Shown here: in pieces, positions 9,014 to 18,700 of the stretch
Numbering within the stretch: position 1 is the first letter of the stretch
Layout of the letters: each line of letters begins with the position of its first letter
Origin: Acidimicrobiia bacterium
GTDB taxonomy: Bacteria; Actinomycetota; Acidimicrobiia; Acidimicrobiales; Ilumatobacteraceae
Direction: 5' to 3'
Assembly (NCBI GenBank): GCA_050248955.1
Contig: JBFWRK010000015.1
Coordinates: forward strand, 43,585-107,584
Length of the DNA: 64,000 nucleotides
The notes under the pieces: generated by a model
Seen by the model: only the letters and a program-made list of their open reading frames with translations
What the model was told of the DNA's origin: nothing
Database searches by the model: none
Made by a program: the position numbers and the translations under genes

Positions 9014-12000
9014 ATGGCGACGAACGGCACGCTGGCGACGATCGCCCGCTCGCTCGCGACGCTCATCCAACCGTTGGAGGACCGTCTCCAGGCCGGCGAT
9101 CTCCGACTGCTGCTCGCCGAGCTCGGTCTGAACTTCCCCACGTCGGTCGACGCCAACGGGGCGCTGGCCGCAGCAGGCCAGGCGGCAGAGCAGCGCATCA
9201 CCGGACTCGCGCCGACGATCCAGGCGCTCGCCGATGCGATCAGCGACGAGAACGTGGGCGCGGTGGTGTCGAAGGCGCTCGACCTGGCGAACGCGATCGT
9301 CGGCATCATCGGTGACGTCGAGGAGCTGGCTGACGCCATCTCGGCGCTCCCCGGCACCGGGATCCCCCCGGCGGAGCTCGACGCGTTCGCCGCCCAACTG
9401 CCGGGTCGTTTGATCGACTACCTGCTGGTCTGCAGCCTCGAGGAGGTGCCAGGAGCAGCCGAGGCGCTCGACTTCCTGGGCGCGATCGAGCGCACCGACG
9501 TCCCCGCCGCCGATGCCGCGCACCCCGCGTTCCTGCGTCGCGCGCTGCACCTCGATCAGCTGACGAACTTCCTCTCCGATCCGGCCACCCACCTGCGGAA
9601 CAAGTACCAGTGGGGCGATCCCGCGTTCACCGGGCTCGCGCTCCTGCAGAAGATCGCCGCGCTGCTCGGCCGCGCCGGTGTGCCCGCCGTTCTCGACACC
9701 GGTGGGCCGGTGCCGGTTCTCGATGTGATCGTGCTGGAGGTCAGCCCGAAGCTCGACGCTCCGTTGGGCCTGCGCGTCAAGATCGTCCACCCGCTGCTGA
9801 TCGACCAGTCGCAGCCCTTCACGCAGGACGACTGGAGCTTCAACGTCACGCTCGACGCGCAGCTGGGCATCGGGGTCGAGATCGTGATCATGCCGACCGA
9901 CGGCGTCACGATGAAGCCGGCAGGGTCGGAACAGGTGCAGGGCGACGTCCTCGTCGAGTGGGTCGGCGGCACGCCGGGCGGCGAGCGATACCTCGTGCTC
10001 GGCGAGCCGGGCGGGAGTCGAGTCGAGGTGCAGCAGTTCATCGCCCGCGCTGGTGCTGGGTTCGCGTGGGATGCCGCGACCGGGCAGGGGCAGGGCACGT
10101 TGAACGTCTCCGGGGAGGTCAAGGGAGGCCGGATCGTCGTGTCGATGGCCGCCGCCGACGGCTTCCTGAGCACCGTCCTCGCCGGCTTCGCGATGGAGTC
10201 CGACTTCGATCTCGGCATCGGTTACTCCACCAAGGAGGGCGTGTACTTCGCCGGCTCCGCCACGCTCGACATCCAGCTCCCGCTGCACGTACAGCTCGGT
10301 CCGGTCGAGCTGAGCGCGCTCACCATCACCATCGGGTTCGAGGATGCGACGTTCCCGATCGGCCTGCGGGCGAACCTCAAGGCCGCGCTCGGGCCCCTTC
10401 AGGGCGTCATCGAGCAGATGGGGATTGGCGCCGAGATCAGCCTCCCCGACGACCGGAAGGGCAACGCCGGTCCCGTCGACTTCCAACTCGTGTTCCTGCC
10501 GCCGAGGGGCGTGGGGTTGGCGCTCGATGTCGGCGTTGTGCGGGGTGGCGGCTTCCTCTTCATCGATCCCGACCGCGGTGAGTACGCGGGTGCGCTCGAG
10601 CTGGCCCTGTTCGAGGTCGTCACGATCAGCGCGATCGGCATCATCACGACGAAGATGCCCGACGGCTCGAAAGGCTTCTCGCTCCTGATCATCATGTCGG
10701 TCGAGTTCGGTAGCGGCGTCCAGCTCGGGTTCGGGTTCACGCTGTCGGCCGTCGGCGGGCTCGTCGGTGTGAACCGGACGATGAACCTCCAGGCACTGGC
10801 CGAGGGCATCCGCAGCGGGGCGATCGAATCGGTGATGTTCCCGCACGACATCATCGCCAACGCACCGAAGATCATCAGCGACCTGCGCACGTTCTTCCCG
10901 CCGCGCGAGGGCACGTTCCTCATCGGGCCGATGGTGAAGATCGGCTGGGGAACGCCCACCCTGGCCAGCATCTCGTTGGGGATCATCATCGAGATTCCCG
11001 GCAACATCGCGATCGTCGGCATCATCAAGGTGGCGATCCCGGCTGACGACGTGGCGTTGATCGTCCTCCAGGTCAACTTCATCGGCGCGATCGAGCTGGA
11101 CAAGCAGCGCGTCTGGTTCTTCGCCGCGCTCTTCGAGTCGCGCATCGTGTTCATCACGATCGAGGGCGAGATGGGGCTGCTCGTCGCGTACGGCGACGAT
11201 GCCAACTTCGTCCTCAGCGTCGGTGGGTTCCATCCGCGTTTCTCGCCACCGCCGTTGCCCTTCCCCAGCCCGAAGCGGATCTCGGTCGGGCTGTTGAACT
11301 CACCCGTCTCGCGGGTGCAGATCGAGGGCTACTTCGCCGTCACCTCGAACACCGTGCAGTTCGGCGCCCGCGTGGAGGTCTTCTTCGGCCTCGACATCCT
11401 GAACGTGCAGGGCCACCTCGCGTTCGACGCCCTGTTCCAGTTCTCGCCGTTCTACTTCATCATCGAGATCTCGGCGTCGCTCTCGGTGAAGGTCTTCGGC
11501 GTGGGGCTGTTCTCCGTGGGCGTGCGCGGCTCGTTGGAGGGTCCAGCGCCGTGGCATGTGAAGGGCCACGGATCGATCTCGCTGCTGTTCTGGGACATCG
11601 ACGTCGACTTCGAGACGACATGGGGCGATTCGGCCAACACCGAGATGCCGCCGCTCCCGATCATGCCGATCATCACGGCGGAGCTCGAGAAGGTCGAGAA
11701 CTGGCGGGCGCTGCTGCCCACGGGGGCCAACCTGCTGGTGTCGCTGCGCAGCATGCCCGAGACGGAAGCGGCGCTCGTGCTCCATCCGGTCGGCGTGCTG
11801 CACATCTCGCAACGTGCGCTCCCGTTGGAGCTGACCCTCGACAAGGTCGGCTCGCAGAAGCCGAGTGACGTGAACCGGCTGTCGATCGCCGTCACCGGCG
11901 GTGGCATGGCCAAGAAGGGCGACGCCTTCGAGCAGTTCGCGCCGGCCCAGTTCCAGGACTTCTCCGATGCGGACAAGCTCTCCAAGCCGGCGTTCGAATC

Positions 12001-12418
12001 GGAGCGTTCCGGCCTCGATCTGTCTGCTGCCGGCGACGACTTCCGTTCGTACGTGATGGTTCGCCGAGTCGTCCGCTACGAGGAGATCATCCTCGACTCG
12101 AACTACAAGCGCTTCGCACGGCGCTTCCAGGGCTTCTTCGGGGTGCTGTTCGACTTCTTCCTCAACGGCTCGGCGGTGACCAAGTGCCAGCTGTCGAATG
12201 CGGTCGCGTCGAAGCTGCAACCGTTCGACGAGAAGATCCAGGTGCACGGCGAGACGTACACCGTCGCCAACGTCGCCGACAACACCGCGTTCGCCACCGA
12301 CTCGGTCGCGTTCCACAGCCAGGCGAGTGCGAGTGAGTACCTGAACAGCCAGATCGCCGGCAACGCGGCACTGGCCGATGCCATCCACGTGATCCCGACC
12401 TTCGAGATGGCTTCATGA
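9014..12418 (+). CDS. Giant ORF 1 (1134 aa), uncharacterised: helical N-terminus, then a long Gly/hydrophobic beta-rich region with a GGFHPRF motif
   Basis: Starts 5 nt after the protease B stop. Uniform high GC3. No signal peptide, TM helix or P-loop seen. The central region reminds me of a DUF6603-type domain (unverified recollection). Confidence 0.85.
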   Translation: MATNGTLATIARSLATLIQPLEDRLQAGDLRLLLAELGLNFPTSVDANGALAAAGQAAEQRITGLAPTIQALADAISDENVGAVVSKALDLANAIVGIIGDVEELADAISALPGTGIPPAELDAFAAQLPGRLIDYLLVCSLEEVPGAAEALDFLGAIERTDVPAADAAHPAFLRRALHLDQLTNFLSDPATHLRNKYQWGDPAFTGLALLQKIAALLGRAGVPAVLDTGGPVPVLDVIVLEVSPKLDAPLGLRVKIVHPLLIDQSQPFTQDDWSFNVTLDAQLGIGVEIVIMPTDGVTMKPAGSEQVQGDVLVEWVGGTPGGERYLVLGEPGGSRVEVQQFIARAGAGFAWDAATGQGQGTLNVSGEVKGGRIVVSMAAADGFLSTVLAGFAMESDFDLGIGYSTKEGVYFAGSATLDIQLPLHVQLGPVELSALTITIGFEDATFPIGLRANLKAALGPLQGVIEQMGIGAEISLPDDRKGNAGPVDFQLVFLPPRGVGLALDVGVVRGGGFLFIDPDRGEYAGALELALFEVVTISAIGIITTKMPDGSKGFSLLIIMSVEFGSGVQLGFGFTLSAVGGLVGVNRTMNLQALAEGIRSGAIESVMFPHDIIANAPKIISDLRTFFPPREGTFLIGPMVKIGWGTPTLASISLGIIIEIPGNIAIVGIIKVAIPADDVALIVLQVNFIGAIELDKQRVWFFAALFESRIVFITIEGEMGLLVAYGDDANFVLSVGGFHPRFSPPPLPFPSPKRISVGLLNSPVSRVQIEGYFAVTSNTVQFGARVEVFFGLDILNVQGHLAFDALFQFSPFYFIIEISASLSVKVFGVGLFSVGVRGSLEGPAPWHVKGHGSISLLFWDIDVDFETTWGDSANTEMPPLPIMPIITAELEKVENWRALLPTGANLLVSLRSMPETEAALVLHPVGVLHISQRALPLELTLDKVGSQKPSDVNRLSIAVTGGGMAKKGDAFEQFAPAQFQDFSDADKLSKPAFESERSGLDLSAAGDDFRSYVMVRRVVRYEEIILDSNYKRFARRFQGFFGVLFDFFLNGSAVTKCQLSNAVASKLQPFDEKIQVHGETYTVANVADNTAFATDSVAFHSQASASEYLNSQIAGNAALADAIHVIPTFEMAS

Positions 12419-15400
12419 CCTCGCCCCTCGGCACCTACTCGTTCCTGCCGTGGCTCCGGCAAGGGTTGGCGAACCAGATCGAGACCGGCGACTTCGACGA
12501 CGACGTGTTGGTGCGCGCCCAGATCGACGTGCAGCTCGAGCTGCGCGGCGACAAGGTCGCCGGGGGCACGCAGACCGCTCCGCTGACCAAGTCCGTCGCA
12601 CTGTTCGGCCCCGGTGACATCGTGGGCGTCGACCGCCGGGCGATCTTCCGTGTGGAACCGCGCGACTGGGCGACGAACTTCGAGCCCAACTACCTCCCCG
12701 CGATCGAGTTCTACGACGAGGACCTGCCGTGGCGCTACACCCCGGCAGCCCCCGACGGCAGCACCGGCCGGCTGCGGCCGTGGCTCGCGCTGATCGTGCT
12801 CGAGGAGACCGAGTTCGTCGAGGGTGCGAACGTCAAGGACCGCCCACTTCCGTACGTCGACGTCGCCGACCTCGACCCGTTCCCACGGGCCGACGAGCTC
12901 TGGGCCTGGGCCCACGTGCACGTCAACCGCAGCCTGGCCGCGAGCGACGCCGAGTTCGTGTCGAAGGACATGGTGGCCGTCATCCCGAAGCTGGTCGGTG
13001 TGCTGCAGGAGAACCCGGACCTCGCCTATTCGCGCATCGTCTGCCCTCGCAAGCTCGAGCCGAACAAGGCGTACCACGCGTTCTTGATGCCGACCTTCGA
13101 GTCCGGCCGACGCGCCGGTCTCGGGCTCGATCTCGCCGACGTTGCGGCGACGACGTCGTCCTGGGATCCAGCCGGCCGGCCGGAGGCGCAGTCGTTCCCG
13201 TACTACTACCGCTGGTTCTTCCGCACGGGCGACAACGGTGATTTCGAGACGCTGGTGCGGCTCCTCGTGCCGAAGCCGGTCGATCCGCGGGTCGGGTTCC
13301 GCGAGATGGACGTGCAGGAACCGGGCTCGGGTGTCCAGGGACTCGACAAGCCCGAGCTCGGCGGCATCCTGAAGCTCGGTGGCGCGTTGCAGCCTCCCGA
13401 CCCGGTGCCGCTGCCACCGCCCGACAAGTACGAGACGTGGGACGAGCCGTTCCCCCGACCGCTGCAGATCGACCTCGCCCGCCTCGTCAACCTCCCGGAC
13501 GTCTACCGGTCCGAGGGCGACCCCGACCCGATCATCACCCCACCGCTCTACGGCACCTGGCACGCGATGACGAAGCGGGTGCTCGACAACCGCGACGGCA
13601 CTCCTGTGCTTCCTGCGAACAACTGGGTGAACCGGCTCAACCTCGATCCGCGGTTCCGGGCCGCGGCGGGCATCGGCACCAGGGTGATCCAGGACCGGCA
13701 GGAGATGTTCATGGACGCCGCCTGGGGGCAGATCGGCAAGGTGCTCGAGGCACAGCGGCGCATCTGGCTCGGGCAGTTCGGCCTGCTCGTCTCCGACATC
13801 TGGTACGACCGGCACCTCGTACCGGCAGTCGGCGTCAGCCGGCAGCAGGGTCTGCTGCTGATGGCGCCGCTCAACAAGCGGATCGTCGGCAACGGCAGCA
13901 CCGTGCACCATGCGTACGGGCAGAGCCTCGTCCAGCCGACGATGACGTCTGCGGCGCTCCGTCGGGTCGTGCGACCCCGTGCACGACTCGTCCGCGAGCT
14001 GCCGTTCGACCAGACCACGACACCCGGGCAGCTGATCGAGCGGGTCAACGCCGGCGAGGTGAGTGCCGCCCCACCGAAGTCCGCGCCGCCGGGTGTCGTC
14101 ACGGCGGGCGAGCTCGCCGAGGAGACCCGCCCGAAGGGTCTTCCCGCGTGGCTGCTCGACTGGTTGAGGCGGTTCCGTCACCTGGCCCTCCTGGTACTGA
14201 TCGTCGCCATCCTCGTCGCGGTGCTCCTGGTCGTGCTGCTGTCGCCGGCCGTCGGGATCGTCGTCGCCGTCGTGCTCGTCGGGGTGGCCGTGTACATCGC
14301 TCGATTGCTCAGCCGATGGCGCCGGGGCCTGCTCGCATCGGATCTGCTCGGCGAGGATCAGACGCCGGAGTCGATCGATGCGCTCCCGGGTGTCTCCGAC
14401 TTCGTGGTCTCCGAGCCGGGCTCCGGTTTCGTCCCGAGGGACCGGGGCGCCGACAGCGTGGAGGCCAGGCGGTTCAAGGAGGCGCTGCGGGACACCTTCG
14501 AGCTGCGTCAGGCGAGCGACGCGGTGGGCCGAACGCCCGTCCGCGGCGCCATCGACCTCGGCGCGGTCGCGACCACCGTGATCGAAGCCGTCCAGCCGTC
14601 GCGCACCATCCCGAGGCGCGTGCTCGCCGGCATCTTCGTGCCGCCCCGCATCACCGGCGATCTCGTCACGACGCCGAAGCGGTTCGTGGAGCCCATGGCG
14701 TACCCGATCATCGACGTCCCGATGTACGAGCCGCTCAAAGACCTGTCGTCGGAGCTCTTCCTGCCGAACATCAACCTGATCGAGCCGAACAGCGTCACGT
14801 TGCTGCAGACGAACCAGCGGTTCATCGAGTCGTACATGGTCGGGATCAACCACGAGTTCGCCCGAGAGCTGCTGTGGCGCGAGTACCCGACCGACCAGCG
14901 CGGATCGACGTTCCGGCAGTTCTGGGACGTGCGCAGCTTCTTCAACGCCGAGAACCTCGACGACGAGGCGCTCAAGGAGAAGCTCCGCGACATCCCGCCG
15001 CTGCACCGCTGGGCACCCGACGAGGAGCTCGGTGACCACGACAACCGGGAGCTCGGTGGTGAGAAGGAGGACGAGCTCGTGCTCGTCATCCGTGGCGAGC
15101 TGCTCAAGCGTTATCCGAACGCCGTGATCTACGCCCATCGGGCGTGCTGGCAGCGCACGAGCGTGACTCCCGCCGACGACGACGTCGAACCGTGCGCGAG
15201 GTCGGGCGCGATCGACAACACCGTCGAGCGCCGGCTCGTGTCGCTCACGACGGCCGAGGAGCTGAACCCACCGACGAGCAAGGTGCTCACGCCCCTGTAC
15301 GAGGCCAAGGTCGACCCCGACATCTACTTCTTTGGCTTCGATCTGACGGTCACCGAAGCCAAGGGACGCGACGGGTCGGACCCGAACGACGATCCCGGCT

Positions 15401-15717
15401 GGTTCTTCGTGATCAAGGAGCGGCCGGGCGAGCCGCGCTTCGGGCTCGACAACGAGGAGCCCGACGCGCTGCAGGTCTGGAACGACCTGTCGTGGCCGGT
15501 CGCGAAGCCGGGCCCGGGCCCCTTCCTCGAGATCGCGGCATCGCCCGCCACGCTCGACGTCACCGACCCCGGCTCGGCCGACGAGAAGTTCCCGCAGTTC
15601 GAGGACGACCGGAACGTGCACTGGAACCGGAGCACCATCAGCTCGGCCGAGCTCGCGTACGTGCTCTTCCAGGCGCCCGTGCTCGTGGCCTTCCACGCGG
15701 CGGAGATGCTGCCGTGA
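12415..15717 (+). CDS. Giant ORF 2 (1100 aa), uncharacterised, with a central two-helix transmembrane hairpin
   Basis: ATGA overlap with ORF 1 (12415-12418). The hydrophobic stretch LALLVLIVAILVAVLLVVLLSPAVGIVVAVVLVGVAVYIARLL (about 14182-14310) is flanked by Arg-rich segments on both sides. Confidence 0.85.
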   Translation: MTSPLGTYSFLPWLRQGLANQIETGDFDDDVLVRAQIDVQLELRGDKVAGGTQTAPLTKSVALFGPGDIVGVDRRAIFRVEPRDWATNFEPNYLPAIEFYDEDLPWRYTPAAPDGSTGRLRPWLALIVLEETEFVEGANVKDRPLPYVDVADLDPFPRADELWAWAHVHVNRSLAASDAEFVSKDMVAVIPKLVGVLQENPDLAYSRIVCPRKLEPNKAYHAFLMPTFESGRRAGLGLDLADVAATTSSWDPAGRPEAQSFPYYYRWFFRTGDNGDFETLVRLLVPKPVDPRVGFREMDVQEPGSGVQGLDKPELGGILKLGGALQPPDPVPLPPPDKYETWDEPFPRPLQIDLARLVNLPDVYRSEGDPDPIITPPLYGTWHAMTKRVLDNRDGTPVLPANNWVNRLNLDPRFRAAAGIGTRVIQDRQEMFMDAAWGQIGKVLEAQRRIWLGQFGLLVSDIWYDRHLVPAVGVSRQQGLLLMAPLNKRIVGNGSTVHHAYGQSLVQPTMTSAALRRVVRPRARLVRELPFDQTTTPGQLIERVNAGEVSAAPPKSAPPGVVTAGELAEETRPKGLPAWLLDWLRRFRHLALLVLIVAILVAVLLVVLLSPAVGIVVAVVLVGVAVYIARLLSRWRRGLLASDLLGEDQTPESIDALPGVSDFVVSEPGSGFVPRDRGADSVEARRFKEALRDTFELRQASDAVGRTPVRGAIDLGAVATTVIEAVQPSRTIPRRVLAGIFVPPRITGDLVTTPKRFVEPMAYPIIDVPMYEPLKDLSSELFLPNINLIEPNSVTLLQTNQRFIESYMVGINHEFARELLWREYPTDQRGSTFRQFWDVRSFFNAENLDDEALKEKLRDIPPLHRWAPDEELGDHDNRELGGEKEDELVLVIRGELLKRYPNAVIYAHRACWQRTSVTPADDDVEPCARSGAIDNTVERRLVSLTTAEELNPPTSKVLTPLYEAKVDPDIYFFGFDLTVTEAKGRDGSDPNDDPGWFFVIKERPGEPRFGLDNEEPDALQVWNDLSWPVAKPGPGPFLEIAASPATLDVTDPGSADEKFPQFEDDRNVHWNRSTISSAELAYVLFQAPVLVAFHAAEMLP

Positions 15718-18700
15718 GCAACTTCGGCGAGGTTCGCGACCAGCTGCGGGCGGCCCGCCGTCTACGCGACGAAGCGGAGGCGGCGGTCTTCGCCGCCGGT
15801 CAGCAGCTGAAGCAGATCGCGGCGCGAGAGATCCAGCTCGCGCGCATCTTCGACCCCAGCAACCCGCAGCACGTCGCGATGCAGGAAGCGCTCGATCAGC
15901 AGCGTGCCGATTCGGACGCGGCACTCGCACGTGCACGCGAAGCACGGCGGAGGGCGTCGCTCGAGGGCGATCGGTTGGTCGAGGACTTCTCCGTCTTCAC
16001 CGATCCGAGAAGGGGGATCGGCCGGCTGTCCGATGCGATCCCGATCCTGCTGATGCCGGTCCGCCTCGAGACCCGCTTCAAGAAGTCGCCGCGAGAGCCG
16101 GGTACGCCGGCCGTCGACCAGCTGTGGGTGCGTGTGTACCCCGACGACTGCTGGATCGACTCGTTCGACCCGGCCCTGACCACGTCGGAGCTCAGCAACG
16201 CTCACGTGTACTGGACGTCGATCTGGCAGGCAGGGGGAGTCGAGGACCAGGAGCGCGGGGCCTGGCGCGCGCTCGCCTCCGCCCATGGCTCCGGTCGCGC
16301 TGCGTGGATCGTGCAGCAGTACCAGCCGGCGAACCCGGGCGACCATCCGACGAAGTCGCAGCCTGAGGACGTCGTGCTGACGATCGTGGCCGAGGCGGCG
16401 CTCCCTGCAGCGGAGCTGGCGGCGGTGACACCGTTCTGGCAGGAGACGTGGCGCGCCGACGGCGACGCGGCCAGGATCGCCGCGGCGCGAGCCGCCCTCG
16501 ATGCCGCGGTCGGGTCGCAGCGCGCCGAGGAGCTCGCGGCCACGACCGTGCCCGCCAACGTCTCGTCGCCGCTCGCGACGGGGTTCACCAAGGACGACGT
16601 CGAGGTGTCGGTGGCGGTGGTGGTGCTGCCCCCGACAGGCACCAAGCAGAACGAGTGGGCACAGGCGCCGCGCGCCAACGTGCTTCCCGATCGTTTCGTG
16701 TTCATCGGCTACGAGACGGCGGACGATCCCAGTCCGGTGGTGGTCCTGGGCCGACCGGTCCCGTCACCGTTGCAGCTCGGCCCGGACCCGACCGCCGAGG
16801 AGGCCGAGCAGCTGCGCCACGACGAGAACGGCGACCTCATCGTGCCCGACGAGCTGCTCTGGATGTCCGACTTCGACCGGGCCGTCGAGGTCGGGATGGG
16901 GATCGTCGTCGATCTCACGCGGGCGCAGGCGCAGCGGGGCTTCCATCGCGTGTTGGTGGTCGGCCTGCGGCTCAACGCCGACGAGCACGCGGCCCAGAGC
17001 GAGCTCGAGACCCTGCTGCAGCACCACTCGTACCGACGCACGGGCCTCGCGATCGTGCCGCAGGGGACACCGACGAACAACACCGAGCAGGTCGGGTCCG
17101 GGCGGCTGCTCGACGACCCGGACGCCAGCTTCGACGACCTCCGCGCGGATCAGTTCACCCCCGACAGCCGCTGGCTCGACAAGCGCGACGGCCAGTGGCT
17201 GGCCGAGTACCTCGGCGTCGATCCGGAGCTGTTCCTGCACACCCACGCCGCGGGCGGGCACGATCAGGCGAGCGCCCGGGCGATGACCACGGCGTTGTGG
17301 CCGGCGACGCTCGGCTACTGGATGGAGACGATGATGACGCCGGTGTTCACCACCGGTGCGATCGAAGCCACCCGCGACTTCGTCACCCGGTTCGTCGTCG
17401 CCGGGGGAGCGTGTCCAGCGATCCGGATCGGCGAGCAGCCGTACGGCATCCTGCCCGCCACCGCGATCTCCCGCATGCAGTGGTTCGATCGGCGCGGTGA
17501 GGACATCGGTGTTGCGGGACACCTCTCCGGTGTCGGCGACGTCACGCTCGGATACCTGCAGGCCCTGCACCAGATCCTGCTCGGCATCGACCAGGACTTC
17601 CGGTCGAAGCTGCCCGGTGTCGCCTTCGTGGGTGCGCAGGGCGACGCGCACGCGCTGCTGCTCGACATCCTCGGGTTGCACTCGGGATCTATCGAGTGGG
17701 CGCAGCGTTACGCCGAGAGCTTGCAGACGTTGTTCAACCGCCTGAACCTGCTCGGTCTCGGCGGGTTCGCGATGATCCTGCGGACGATCATCGAGCGGGT
17801 CGCCGCTCGGCAGAAGCTGAGCCAGCTCGGCTACACCCGCGACTTCGACCCGTCGATCCTCGACCTGTCCTTCTCCGGACGGCACAACCTGCTGAAGGGC
17901 GGCGTCGTCGACGATCAGCCGCTGTCGGAGACCGCGCCGATTCGCGAGTACACGACGACGGGGCAGAACTACCTCGAGTGGCTCATCGACGCGTCGAACA
18001 CCTCGCTCGATGCGCTCTACGCGCAGGAGGGCTTCATCGACGACGAGCGACCGACTGCGATCCTCTACCTGCTGCTGCGGCACGCGTTGCAGCTCGGCTA
18101 CTCCGACATCAGCATCCGGCTCCACGAGCTCGCCGGTCTCTACACACCGGAGCAGGCGCTGGCGGCCCGGAGCGACGACCCGTTCCTCCACGTCCGCGAC
18201 AACACGTCGGCGAGCGAGAGCAGATACTTCCCGCTCTACACCACTGCAACCGCGATCACCGGCAATCCGACCCAGCCGGTGCACGAGTGCATCAGCGCGA
18301 ACCTCGGGACGCTCACGGTCACCCGGTACCTCTCCGAGCAGCTCGCCGCACTGGAACGGCTGAAGGATCGGTCCACAGCCCAGCTCGAGCGCGTGTTCGC
18401 AGACCACGTCGACTGCTGCGCCTATCGCCTCGACGCGTGGATGCTCGGCATCGTCAACGCGCAGCTCGCCGTCATGCGCCACATCAGGGAGACCTCCGAG
18501 GCGCCGCCCCGGCAGGGCGTGTACCTCGGTGGCTACGCGTGGCTCGAACCGCTGCGGCCCGAGGGCAAGGTCGTGGAACCAGTCGACCTCTCCGACGACC
18601 CTGACCTCGCCGAGGTGTTCGCCGAAGGACCGCCACTCGGCTTCGATGCGACGAACCAGGGCTATGTGCACGCCCCGTCGCTGAACCACGCCGTCGCTGC

